Positions 25,422-37,649 of a stretch of DNA of 64,000 nt are shown piece by piece. Position numbers and translations under genes: made by a program. Position 1 is the first letter of the stretch. Every line of letters starts with the position of its first letter. The stretch is from positions 148,616,001 through 148,680,000 of the forward strand of contig CM059432.1 of NCBI GenBank assembly GCA_030390025.1. The letters run 5' to 3'. Below the pieces are notes generated by a model, which was not told where the DNA came from, made no database searches, and was given only the letters and a program-made list of their open reading frames with translations. The DNA comes from Squalus acanthias (taxonomy: Eukaryota).

Positions 25422-25766
25422 CAAGTCTTTTACTGATTCAAAACTTGTTGGCAGTTATTGCTGACAGCTCATGTAGACGGAACAGTTTAGTGGCTGATTT
25501 TAGTATCCTAACTTCTTGATAAAGAATTGGGAATTATCAAACTCATGCAGGGCATTTCACTGTGATTGATTGTTAAGTTGGCAGCACAAGGTTTAGTGGG
25601 TTTTGCTACTCCTCCTGTATCTTTTTAAATGGCTAGAGCACCACTTGTTCTACTACTGGAAGCTGTCCTAGAAGATTAAATTTGCTGTTTGCTTAAATTA
25701 TGACCCATTCTTCAGCATGTTGAACTTTCAGAGCTTGCTGGGCTAAAGTTTATAGGAAGCAGCAAC

Positions 25767-25842
25767 CTTCACAGGGGCAAGGACATCAGCCATCTGGAGC
25801 TGATTGAGCGAAAGCACAAAGTAACAACCAGACTGACGATCT
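25767..25842 (-). CDS. Candidate exon (G)DRQSGCYFVLSLNQLQMADVLAPVK
   Basis: Acceptor CTGCTCTTACAG; phase-2 start matches the preceding candidate exon; donor weak (AAG|GTTGCT). Confidence 0.4.
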
Positions 25843-26089
25843 CTGTAAGAGCAGCTTACTTTATCAGTGTCTACTGACTTGCAGCTATGAACCTTTATTT
25901 CTAATATCAATGTCATTCATCTTGGGGAAACCATCTGACAGTGGTTTCTAAACATGCGAGGACCTCGCCTGTCTCCAAATGCTAAACACTGATCAAGCGT
26001 GCACTTATAGTGTATCGTTTGCGCAGCCTTGATTTTGCTGCCCCTCCCCTGAAGAGAAAATCCATGGTTATGATTTGTTCCATCAACTG

Positions 26090-26505
26090 TGTACCATCTA
26101 CATTCACTCCCTCCACCACCGGCGTACCGTGGCTGCAGTGTGTACCATCTACAAGATGCACTGCAACAACTCGCCAAGGCTTCTTCGGCAGCACCTCCCA
26201 AACCCGCGACCTCTTCCACCTAGAAGGACAAGGGCAGCAGGCACATGGGAACACCACCACCTCCAAGTTCCCCTCCAAGTCACACACCATCCTGACTTAG
26301 AAGTATATCGCCGATCCTTCATCATCGCTGGGTCAAAATCCTGGAACTCCCTCCCTAACAGCACTGTGGGAGCACCTTCACCACACGGACTGCAGCGGTT
26401 CAAGAAGGTGGCTCACCACCACCTTCTCAAGGGCAACTAGGGATGGGCAATAAATGCTGGCCTTGCCAATGATGTCCAGATCCCATGGATGAATAAAAGA
26501 AAAAG
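26090..26505 (+). mobile_element. Zenon-like CR1-group LINE 3' end
   Basis: HSLHHRRTVAAVCTIYKMHC...GSKSWNSLP...HHLLKGN*. Confidence 0.85.
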
Positions 26506-26595
26506 ATTGCCAGTAACCCAGCAGGACCTCTCTAAAAGGCCAGAGCACTGCAGGAAATGTAATGAGAATTCTGAGGCAGCAATAACCCAGATTAC

Positions 26596-26629
26596 CCGTG
26601 TGATACCAAGGACTCAAATAGTGCGTCAG
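26596..26629 (-). CDS. Candidate 34-nt exon (A)DALFESLVSH(G)
   Basis: Long pyrimidine tract with CAG; CGG|GTAAT donor; phase 1 in and phase 2 out fit both neighbours. Confidence 0.4.
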
Positions 26630-28390
26630 CTGGCCAATAAGCACGAAGGAAGATGAATAATATCAAGCTACATGTTACAGGAAATACAGTCTCTGCAATC
26701 ACATTGAGTACTTTTGTTTCTTGGCATCCCTCCCAATATTTGACAGACTCCTCGTTCAATCCACACACCAACAGTCTCATGCCAGATGATTTCAAGATTC
26801 GCACTACAATATTTGTCTACAAATTATAGCTCCTGCAGTCCAAAGAAGCAAAGAGACACAAGATCGACCGACTGACCCAACCACTGGGGGGGGGGGATTT
26901 CCACGGCTGAACTGGAGCCAAAAGACCACCACCGACAAATGTAATAAGGCACAGCCGGTGGCACTGGATGCCTGAGTCTGGCAGTTTTCCGTTCCATTCA
27001 TTCCTTTACATTGCTGGTTATAATGGGCCTCCACCATCAATGGGGACGCAATGGGTCTGCAGCTAGAAAATGTAAATAGTAATTGCACCTGGTAAAGAAC
27101 TGTGGATGATTAGTGGTTTTACCACTGCCATTGGTGCTCAATGTAAATGGACTGGATTCCAGAGCGCTAAGACCTTCAGCACACTGCTTCAAGTAGAGCA
27201 GCTCCACCTGCAGAATTGGGCGTAAAGTGGCACAGATACTTCGGGGGCAGGGCGAAACTCGAAGGGAAAGGTCTCATTCTGGATGTTGTGTACTGCAAAT
27301 CCTAAAGACTTGCACTCTGGGAATACTTTACTCACAGGAAACTAAAAGCAAATATTAGCATCTTAAATGTAACCACTCCAGCACTTACTTTATGGGGCTA
27401 CTGAGATATTGTGTGAATATTTTTAATTGCAAATGGCCAAATTTTGCAGTATCATGAGGCATAAACCTCTTAAAAAGCAATTGCAGAATAGTTGGACATA
27501 AATGAAAGGATTAGCAGCGGAGTCAGATCAGATGGAATCTGCTTCATCTCCCACAGCAGACTCTGTGATTGTGTCTTTGAGAGTCATACGTGAAGAGCAA
27601 GGATGTGGGATGGGGGGATGCAATAAAGAGAGAGCTATAAATAAATGTATGGTACAACATAACGTGCTACTGAAGAGTACTAAAGTGTACACTGGGAGGC
27701 AGTCAATAGACACGTTAATGCCTGGCCGAATAAAGGCGGCTGAGCCTGTTAGTAAAGCTTGGAATGTCCTCTCCGGCCACACAGACTAAAGCACTGAAGT
27801 GATTTCCTCAAGCTACAGCCTGTTTGCTATCTTTACCACTTACTAAGAGAATTCCTCTCCAGTTCATCAACCACATTTTATTTACTGGAAGTGGATAAAC
27901 CCTGTTTGAAGCTCCAAGAGACTGATAAAATCTCTCATTCTGACGCACCTAACACAGCATCAATCACCAGCGTCTTTGGGATGTAGCGGCCACATTTCCC
28001 TATAAACTACAACACTGACTGGACTTAAAGGGGGAAAAATTCAGTATCGCCCCGTTTGGGGCGCCATTATCGGCTGTGCGCAAAGTTTAGCGCCTGGCGC
28101 TAATTATCACCTCCGACTGCAAACTTGGCTTTTATCGTCCCCGGAGTTGATTGGAGCGCTAAATCAGGCGCTACACACCTCTCTTAAGGCGCAAAGACCG
28201 AGGAGCGAGGCGCTAACTCAGAGCGCAGGCGCAGCGCAGGTGCTATCAGTTAACGATGGAACACAGACACACTGGCGCCGGCCAGTTCTTGAAGGGGAGG
28301 GTCGATCTTGCTCTCCAGCCACACCCTGCTCATTGGAGCCTTGAATCTCGGCCTAAAGAGACCTGTGCCTAAATCTTGCAGCCAAGGACT

Positions 28391-30737
28391 ATGGAGAGGG
28401 CCAGGGGGCGAGCTCAGCGCTTCAGCGAGCGGGCCTTGGATGCTCTGGTTGACGCAGTGGAGCGCAGAAGATCAATACTCTTCCCTGAGAGTGGCAGGAG
28501 GCCTTTGCCGCGCGATTACAGAAGAGTGTGGAGGGAGGTGGCACAGAGCGTCTCCTCCAGAAGCATGGTGCCCAGGACCCATATACAATGTAGAAAAAAG
28601 TTCAATGACCTCACTCGGGTTGTCAGGGTGAGTGGCTTTTTTTCAATACCTCTCCATCTCAACCTCACTCTATGGCCAGAGGGTCTTAAAACCCCAATGC
28701 CCAACACTCATTCAACACCTATGGCCCTCTCATGAAACACACACGCACATTCCACACTTTGCATACAGTAAGGCCTATTCACCTATGGGAGGCACATCAG
28801 GCAAGACCATGGCTGCATAGACCATGGGGAGACCAAACGCAGATTGGGTGACCGCTTTGCGGAACACCTCCGTTCAGTCCGTAAGGGGGACCCCGAGCTC
28901 CCGGTGGCCTGTCACTTTAATTCACCGCTTCACTCCCACTCTGACCTCACCGTCCTCGGCCTATTACACTGTTCCACGGAAGCTCAGCGTAAGCTCGAGG
29001 AACAGCACCTCATCTTTCGTTTAGGCACGCTACAGCCCTCTGGACTCAATATCGAGTTCAACAATTTTAGATCATAACCTCAGCTCCAATCACATTTATA
29101 TTTTATTTTATCCACCCTTTTATTTTTCCCCCCCCCACCTTTTTTTTCCTCCTAGAAGCTGGCAGCTGTCCTTCATTCTGCCAGTGGATTTCACACTTCT
29201 TTCAGCCTTAATCTGTCACATTAACACCACCTCTAGCCTTGCATATCTCTTAATGTCTCTTCATCTCCACCTTTGTTCCTTTATCCCCTCCCCCTTTTCC
29301 CAGCTTTACCCTGGCCTTAAATCTATTTGATTTCCGGCTCTTCCCAGTTCTGATGAAAGGTCATTGACCTGAAACGTTAACGCTCTTTCTCTCTCCACGG
29401 ATGCTGCCTGGCCTGCTGAGTTTTTCCAGCGTTTTCTGTTGTTATTATGGCTGCATAGAGTAAGGGCTATTCACCTATGGGAAGCACATCAGACAAGACC
29501 ATGGCTGTATATTTACTCAGACGCCGTCCTTTTTCTTGCAGGCCAAGCTATCTCATAATAGGAGACAGCAGCAACCGACGGGTGGAGGGCGGCCTCAGCT
29601 GCAACCTCTCAGCGATCTTGAGGCGCGCGTCCACAGGATTGTGGAAAGTCGGGTGATCGGTCCCATCGCCCCTGGAGAGGCCGACCCCGTTCTGGACAGC
29701 AATGGTAAGGTAATCACCTTTTTGTCCTCTCTCCTTCCACTTGTCCCTCACACCACCAGCCTTTGACACTTTCAATCCAACTTATGGGCCCTCAAGCTGC
29801 CAGTGGGAGTGAAGCCACAGGCGAGGAGGAAGATGAAGCCGGAGCATCAGCACCACCCTCTCCCGAGGAAGCCCATGCCCACACTGGGAACACGCCTTCC
29901 CTGGAGGGGAGCAGGGGGGAAGGGTCTGATGAGGGTGAAGCTCCAGGACCCAGCGGGCTGCAGCAACACGATGGGGGTAGGGAAGCTCGGGGGCCTTCTC
30001 CCCGGAGGGAGAGTATGCCAGTGAGTCCTACTGCACCGGACGCAGAGGAGGAGCGGCTCATCGCTGAAATCAACACCCGGGCGGTGGACATGCACACTGA
30101 GCTCATGGGTGCAGTGGGAAGGGTGCCTGAATGCATTGAATCACTGGCAAGGAGTGTGGAGCACTCCGCTATAGCACAGGCGGATGCCACACTAAAGCTT
30201 AGCGCTGCAATTCAGTCACTGGTTGCCGTGACCCCATCTCTGACTGCTCTCATGCAGACTCAGATTGAGGCCACGCGAGCACTGACTGCTGCCATCCTCG
30301 CTGGTTCGTACACATTTCCCCGGGGCTCTCACCGCGCCACAGCAGGCCAGCAATCTGTGCTCCAGCAGATTGCTCCGGATGCTGAAGTGCTGCCCCGTGG
30401 GAGTGCCAGTGTGTCGGTCGAGCAGGGAGTTGCTGTCCTCTCTCAAGATGACAGCATTCCTGCTGCCACCACTGTCACTTCTCCACTGCACTTGCCACCG
30501 CCTATAGGACAGACTGCTGCCGCCCATGCAGAGTTGGTGCAGTCTGCAGCCGGGCCCTCCAGGCCCAGAGCTGGTCGAGGCCGTCCTTCAAGGGCATCTG
30601 CAGTCTCAGGTTCTGACAATCAGCAGCCTTCCACCAGCCTTGCTGCAGCCACTGGGGCCCCATTACGGAGGAGCAGTAGGGTGGGAAGGGGGGAAGTGCG
30701 CAAGGGAAGGAGGTCACCCTCGAAGAGCAAAAAGTAG
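28391..30737 (+). CDS. Harbinger Myb/SANT-like DNA-binding protein, spliced (exons 28391-28627, 29542-29704, ~29797-30737; ~446 aa)
   Basis: Trihelix/MADF-like pattern RFSERALDALV...VWREVA...QCRKKFNDL; donor AGG|GTGAGT; acceptor TTTTCTTGCAG; exon 2 AKLSHNRR..TGGG; donor G|GTAAG. The exon-3 acceptor is uncertain. Confidence 0.82.
28822..29446 (+). mobile_element. Penelope-like element 3' fragment (GIY-YIG C-terminus plus tail) inside Myb intron 1
   Basis: GETKRRLGDRFAEHLRSV...VACHFN...KLEEQHLIFRLGTLQPSGLN; TSD ATGGCTGCATAGA at 28809-28821 and 29447-29459. Confidence 0.92.
29346..29381 (+). ncRNA. Minimal hammerhead ribozyme motif
   Basis: GTT-CTGATGA-A-AGGTC-ATT-GACCT-GAAA-CGTT-AAC. Confidence 0.78.
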
Positions 30738-31048
30738 GAGCTGTGACAAAATGTTGGTCATTTTTTTATTAAAGGCCGAGATTCGTGGTCAAACTTTTGT
30801 TTAGTGTTTTGGACATTATCTCCAGGTTGTGAGAACCAGTTATGTTAATGACTGTTTTTATGTGTTTCTTTCTATTAGTTTGTCATGAGGAAATGACACA
30901 CACAGAGTTTGTAAAATAAATAAGTTTTTGTATTCAAAATGTACATGTTTGGTCTTTGCAATCATTCCTGCCTTGGCCGGCTTAGGGGTTGCGGGTTGGT
31001 TTCATTCATGTTGTTCTCAATGGCAGAAGCCATTTCCTCAGCAGGGGC

Positions 31049-32104
31049 CTAGAAGCGGTTTGCTATCAGCCGTTGACGGACGGCCCTTCCAGTTTCTACA
31101 TTGTGGGCCTCCCTCCCGCCTTGGTGCTGCTGATGATCATCCTCCTCCTCTTCCGGTGGTGCTCCAAGGCCTGGTGGCATTGGCTGGGTCCTGACGATTG
31201 CCATGTTATGCAGCATGCAGCACACAACTACGAAGTGGGAAACTCGCTCAGGCGAGTACTGCAGGGCTCCTCCAGAATGGTCCAGACAGCGGAACCGTTG
31301 CTTGAGCATGCCGATTGTGTGCTCAATGATGTTCCTGGTGGCGAGATGGCTCTCGTTGTACCGCAGCTCAGCAGGGGTGTTCGGCGTACGGAGCGGTGTC
31401 ATCAGCCAGGTGCACAGTGGATATCCCTTGTCCCCGAGAAGCCAACCACCTGGGTGATGCGGTGCCTGGAAAAGGTCTGCCACAGTAGTCTGGCGCAGGG
31501 TGTATGCATCATGGCTGCTGCCAGGATAGCAGGCATTGACAGCGAGTATCAGCTGTCTGTGGTCACAGACCAACTGCACGTTTAAGGAATGGAACCCCTT
31601 TCGGTTGCGGAAATCCTCTGCATTCTCATGCGGAGCACGCAAAGCCACATGCGTGCAGTCAATGGCGCCCTGCACCATGGGGAAGCCCGCTATCCTCGCA
31701 AAGCCCATAGCGCGTTCATGCTGCTTGGCCGGGGTCATGGGGAAAGAGATGTACTCTCGTCTCCTTTTATAGAGGGCATTTGTGACCTGACGGATGCAGC
31801 AATGCACCGCGAACTGGGAGATATTGGCGATGTCCCCAGTAGCTGATTGAAATGAGCCGGTGGCATAAAAGTTCAGAGCCACTGTGATCTTCACTGCCAC
31901 CGACAGAGACGTCCTGGACCTCAGTTGAGGTTGCAGATCTGGCTGCAGCAGGTGGCAGAGCTCAGTGACCACCTGCTTGCTGAAGCGCAGCCTGCGCAAA
32001 CACTGCTCCTCAGACATATTAATGTATGAGACCTGTTGACGAAATACCCTGGGAGGGTAAGGTCTCCTGTACAGAGGCCTGTTGGCCCTCCTCTGTCTGG
32101 CCAT
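31049..32104 (-). CDS. Harbinger (HARBI1-like, DDE_Tnp_4 type) transposase, 351 aa from the first ATG
   Basis: GAIDCTH, GSSHD, LLGDKGY, RNIIEHTIGMLKQRFRCL and CCMLHN motifs; no stops. The frame is also open upstream, with a GTG at 32185. Confidence 0.95.
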   Translation of the reverse strand: MARQRRANRPLYRRPYPPRVFRQQVSYINMSEEQCLRRLRFSKQVVTELCHLLQPDLQPQLRSRTSLSVAVKITVALNFYATGSFQSATGDIANISQFAVHCCIRQVTNALYKRRREYISFPMTPAKQHERAMGFARIAGFPMVQGAIDCTHVALRAPHENAEDFRNRKGFHSLNVQLVCDHRQLILAVNACYPGSSHDAYTLRQTTVADLFQAPHHPGGWLLGDKGYPLCTWLMTPLRTPNTPAELRYNESHLATRNIIEHTIGMLKQRFRCLDHSGGALQYSPERVSHFVVVCCMLHNMAIVRTQPMPPGLGAPPEEEEDDHQQHQGGREAHNVETGRAVRQRLIANRF

Positions 32105-32379
32105 GATTGCCACTCTTTCTCTGCGTCTCTGAGGCCTCCGATTCTGCTGGCGCAGGACGATGCCCCCAATCAGTGCAGCCCCCACAGTCTCTTGGCAATC
32201 AAAGTAATGAAGGTCAAAAACCAAAGTACGTGCAAATTTATGCTCAGTAGCCAAAACTAATTCACACAGCGTTGACTCAATGCAGAAGTCTCTCTTTCTC
32301 TCTCTCAAAATCTCTCTCTCTCGCTCAGAACGAGTGGTGCAAAAATGTCTACCACAGAAAAAGCCAGGAAGAGGCCCCC

Positions 32380-32387
32380 TTTAAATA
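32380..32387 (-). promoter_or_regulatory. TATA-like box upstream of the transposase
   Basis: TATTTAAA, conserved in both deletion derivatives (25101-25108 and ~41530). Confidence 0.5.
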
Positions 32388-33074
32388 GCGCCCCCCCCCC
32401 CCCCCCCCCCCCCCCCAAGCCCCACAGCGACTGGGAAGCGTTCCAGTCTACCTGTCGTTGGTTGCGCCAGGCGGAAAGGAGGGGGGCGCCACTCAATTTC
32501 TGTTCCGGAGCGCCCAAGGGCGTTGCACGCTCGAATGACGTCAAGATCTGCGTGCGCAGGAGATCGGGGCGGTATTGTTTAGCGCCGCCGCAAAATGTCC
32601 TGGTCAATTTTGCGAGAGGCGCAGATATCGCCGCGCCCAGGCGCAAGTTGCTTTGCGCCCCATTACCGCCCTCTTAAGGCGCTAACGGGAGGCGCAAACC
32701 AACTGAATTTTCCCCCCAAAGATATACTTCTTTTGGCTGTAAAGCACTTTGGGATGTCCTGACATCATAAAAGGTACTAAAGAAACGCAAGTTATTTCTT
32801 TCTTATACTATACCCCAAATCAAACTGTACAGGAGAAGTGATGTAACAAAGTTCAGCTGTACCGATCATTAAAACTCTGGTAATAACAAATCATTTTGGC
32901 ACCATCAGGAAAGTGAAGACACCGTTAACATAGCATAAAACTTTCTCCACACATGAACAAGTGTGCAAAGCTCCCTCTCTCAGCACATCCTGCAATCAAT
33001 TTTCCAGTGTAATGTCAGGACTTTATGCTTTCCTGATGCCTAAGCCACAGTCCCATTCAAAATGATTCAAATAC

Positions 33075-33222
33075 CTGCTGTTAGATCCTGGATTTGACAT
33101 GAACGAGCTTCTCTCACAGTCATTTCTACAGTTGGAGACGGCTGTGAGAAATGGACCACATGTGAGATCCAGTAGTGGGGATAATGATAAATATCTCCAT
33201 AAGCGCATCGTTCCCAAGTGAG
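33075..33222 (-). CDS. Candidate exon LTWERCAYGDIYHYPHYWISHVVHFSQPSPTVEMTVREARSCQIQDLTA
   Basis: Open 148 nt, phase 0 in and phase 1 out; CAG|GTAT donor; the TAG acceptor has a weak pyrimidine tract. Confidence 0.45.
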
Positions 33223-36039
33223 CTATTTAACACGTCTCACTGCCTGTCGTTGCAATTTATTTTTACGTCAAACATTTAAAATATAATTGTAAAAAAAATT
33301 AACATTTTACTTGGATTGTGTTGGGGGTAACTGAAAGCTTTAATACTTCCTGTTATGTCACTGTTAAGGGACTGCCTGCCATCTTGAACAGGGATTAAAC
33401 ATTTAATTCACAGGGAGCTTCTGAGCCCCAAATACAACTTGATTAGATGGGAGATCACAGAGCCAGGTAGAATTTATTGGTCAATATGAATGCAAAATCA
33501 AAATACTTGTGGGCATTTACCCTCAACAGACACATGGAATATCGTCCTACAGATTTTCACAAGGCATTTGATAAGGTGTCTCAAAAGGGGCTTTTTAGAA
33601 AAGTTCAGGGGCATTGTATACAAGGAAATGTAGCAGCGTGGACAGAAAGTTGGTTGACAGACAAGAAACATTGGGCGTGGAATTGGTCTTTGCCAGAAGT
33701 ACGGAACGGGCTCTCAGTGAATTGGCAGCTCGTTTAATACCACGCCCGATTTTCTTATCCATTGACTTTTATCTTCAGGCCATTTGCACCACTCTGCTTT
33801 AGAAGGGTGGATCAGGACGCTGATAGGCCCTTGCAGGTATTGACAGCCTACCCTGGATATGCAATTGGCCCCGTTCCTGGGATTTGGGATGGAGTCTCCA
33901 GCCTTGGGCAAGGGTGGGCAGGGGTTCTGCTCTTACACTGGCAGAGCAGTGCCCAGGATCTCCAGGCCATTAAAAGTGCACAACAGATAAAGGAAATCTG
34001 GGTTGTGACAGAACCATGAATTTAGAATAATGTGAAGGCCAGAGCAGTATCTGTGCCGTTAAAGCAAGGACAAACATTCAACCACTGCATCTGAGCTACA
34101 GCTTTGATGGCATCAAAATGTATTTATTACTGAGTAAATTGAAGCATTAATTCACTTTGAATTTAAGCTGCTCGGTTCAAAAACCTTCTTCAGTTCAAGT
34201 GAAGTTCATCCCATCGAAATGAATGGAAACATAAAACTGACAGCAGAAGATGGGACAATTCTCTACAATTCCTGGCTCGGGTAGTATTTCATTGAGATAT
34301 TTTGATTGCATGTTGAAAGGAAGGAGCTGGAAAGTTTGGTGTAAGAATTATGGAGACTTTTGTAATTAAATCTTCATAAATGAATAATTTACCGTTTTCT
34401 TTAATTTTCCTTTTCCAATGGCAGACCAAACATGGCCTTTCATATCTCATCTCAGTCAGTACAACCTCTGTTACAAATGTTAGCAATCTGTAATATATTT
34501 ATCATGAAAATATTGCAAATAAATCACGTTGTCCTTTTTTTTTTTAAATCGCAAACTGAAACAACTATGAATTACTTTGCACTTCAGACATGAGCCATCC
34601 TGGAGCAGAATAACATGATAAATATCTTGCCACATTTTGAAATTCAGATTGCAAAGCTGGCCTGGATTTTCCTCCATTATCCCACCTCAAGTTGGGCAGG
34701 AAAGTGGCAGAAACAACGGGAAAGTGGGGCGGTGAGACCGATCTCCACCTCCGCTCAGACCTGAATTTCCCTACCCCTGCCGCTGCTAGGAAGTCTGCTA
34801 GCCACCCTTTCCATTCCAGCCCGCTGTTAAAAATGCCGGCGGAGAGGCAGGGCCCAAGTTCCCACCTGATTTACCGTGTTGTCGCCGCCGTCTCCTCCAA
34901 TCCCAGGGGCCACCGGGAGAAGGAAGGGTGGCAGTGGTGCCTGGGTAGCTGCAATAGACTCCCCAAGTTGCAGGATGGAGGCAGGGAGCCTAGCAGTTGC
35001 CTCCACTCCCTCCATTATGGACCCAAAAACGCACCCCCCGAAGACTTCTTCACTACAGTACCCCCGCAGTGGCAGGCCTGACAGTAGCAAGCTTGCTCTT
35101 GATGACTGAGATCCCGCCAGGAACCTGCCCTGCATAACGAATGTACGTCGACCCAGGAAACTTGGCCCAGGTCACACCAAGGTCGGGGCGGCGGGTCAGA
35201 TTAGGAAAACCCATGACCATTTAGTTCATTTTCAAAATGGATGCCAATTACTTCTTGTCACCTGGTTATGACATCAGCAGAATTTACCGCGGTGAGCTCC
35301 ACGCTTCCTACATCAACTTTGGGGTAGATTTGGACGAGGCTGTGTTCCAGGTACAAAAACCTCCATTTACAGGATGAGGATCGAAGAATTGGGCACAGTT
35401 CAGAGGGCCGAATTGGTGGCGTTCCGAGATTTCTGGCTGATAGTTTTTAATCACTAGAAATTCTGGAGCACCATGAATCAGGTCCCACTGACCTGCACAC
35501 TCAATTCTCTGACCTGCACACCATCACCAATGCACCATGCCGGGAATATAGCCTTACTGAATTTAGCCCATCATGGTTTAAAATTACTTCCAACTCTGAT
35601 TGAATTGGCAATGAAGCAAAGGAATACATTATTTCTAACTAGATTTTCTATCACCTTTAGAGATTCCAAAACTCAAATGTACCAGGTTAGAATATGGTTT
35701 GTGACTAATCTTTCAGAAGCTATCGGGGCATCCTCCTGCCAGTATTTCAGAATCACAAAAGCAGGGATCCAGCATGAGGTAGGAGGCCAGATGTTGGGTG
35801 GAGGCACAATGTTACTCCCGCTCCCACAGCAGTGGACTATTTGCTTGTGTGGAGGATAAACTCCAACATGAGCTAGTTCGACCGAAAGGCCTGTTTCTGT
35901 GTTGCAACTTCTATGTACATTGGAAATAAAACTAGAATTCCACTGGTGGGTTAGAACTTGCCACGGTGCAAGTTGAAAGAGATGGAGACACGTTAGTTGA
36001 CTCATTGCTCATCACGTCTATACAGAGAGAGCTGCCAAT

Positions 36040-36540
36040 AAACAAAGGAAACAGGATGTTGGGTTATAGTGTTACATCAGTTGAGTGCAAATCCCCAGAG
36101 GTTATGATGTACAATGCCCTGGTCAGTCAAGCTGCACCCAGAGGCATGCATACAGTTCTGGTTACTGTGACACCAGTGGCCGCCCGTCCTCAAGCAGTGC
36201 AGAAGAGGGCAACAAGACTGATCGCCAATGTCAGAGGACCTATGAGATTTGATAAGCTAAGGCGCATCACCCTTGAAAAGAGACGTGTCAGCAGGGACCT
36301 TATCGAGACGTAAAAGATATTTAACGAGAGAAGGAGTTAATTCCAAACAGTACTTTCAGGTATGCGAGGGCACGGGTTCAAAGGGGTAAAGAGCAGCTTT
36401 AGCACAGACAACAGGAAGTATTCCTTTACACCGATGTTGATTGACAGCTGAGGCAGGTTGCCAAGGGAGATGATTGACACTGAAGTCATTTAGGAAACGG
36501 CTAAACGCTGCATTCTGTATTTGGAAAGATGAGATCAAAT
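36040..36540 (+). mobile_element. Old degenerate CR1 fragment
   Basis: AVQKRATRLI...TLEKRRVSRDLIET. Confidence 0.65.
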
Positions 36541-37649
36541 GGGCCGAAGTTCCTTTTTCATCTGAACCGATCTAATAAGTAAACCTGCACAGTATTAATT
36601 GCTTTCTCTGGTAACTTATTCCATATGCTCATTACCTTAGGAAAAATGTCTTTGGATCCCTAGTCTTGCTCGAGGTTTATTCATTTTAGACTCAATTCCA
36701 CATGTCCTGTGATCATTGTCTAGGTTAAATAGCATGTTTGCATCTGCATTATCTCTATCTCCAGCATACTAGAGGCCAGGACCATCTCCCTGATGATTAA
36801 AGCAGCAGCACCGTGAGTCGCTCTTCATAACTTAAGAGGCAGAAATTGCAGAATTACCCTCGCTTCTTATCTGAACCCTCTCCAATTGACCACTGTCCTT
36901 TCAAAGGTAGGGTATCCAAAGTTACAACAACAGTAACTTCATTTATATAGTAGCTTACGACACTGAAGCACATCAAATGACTGTTGGAGAGCAGTGATTG
37001 TTCCTCTGCATTTTACAACAGCAACATCCCACAAACAAGCATAAAGATGAGTGATCAGTTGATCGGTTTTCATTTAGTGGTATTGGTTGATGGCTAATTA
37101 TTGACCAAAACCCGAGTAAAACTCCCTTCACTTTGAAAATGGCATGGTACGTTAACCATCTGACTGAACCATCAGAAGAGGAAAGCAGCATCTCAACTGA
37201 AAGACAGAAATTCTGGCAATGCAGCACACCCTCAGAACTAGACTGGAGTGTCAACCGAAATGAAGACGTTAAACTCCCCCCACTATGGAGCTCTGACCGA
37301 CAACCTTCTGACTCAAGGCAAGAGCGCCCGCAACGACTGATGCTCGTGTGCTTTGTCTTTGCAATGAATCAACCACTGAGTGAATCAGTGAGGAGCAGCA
37401 CTGGAGGATTTGATATATAAAAGTACTGTCGGCCAAAGTCAAGGGTGACACTCTAACCACAGAGCGGCAGAGGAAGCAAACTCCAAATGTAGTCTAACCA
37501 TGAGTTAAATTGAGCAGCTTCAATTTATAATAAGATGCCCTAAAAATATAATCCCATTATTAATATTAATGCTGTTGATAATCTCATGTGAAGTGGTTGC
37601 TCAGTGAATTGGCAAACATGCAATCTTTTCTCCTGTTTCCTAATAACAA

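Larger units (their letters stand above)
28030..32717. mobile_element. Full-length PIF/Harbinger DNA transposon
   Basis: 16-bp TIRs GGGGGAAAAATTCAGT (28030-28045) / ACTGAATTTTCCCCCC (32702-32717); AAA TSD; convergent Myb/SANT and DDE transposase genes. Confidence 0.95.

Noticed and set aside
29763..30737. Stand-alone 324-aa gene
   Set aside because: Better explained as the last exon of the Harbinger Myb/SANT gene.
31049..32308. Host gene HARBI1
   Set aside because: Intronless, bounded by TIRs and a TSD, paired with a Myb gene and accompanied by deletion derivatives: a transposon copy, not the domesticated gene.
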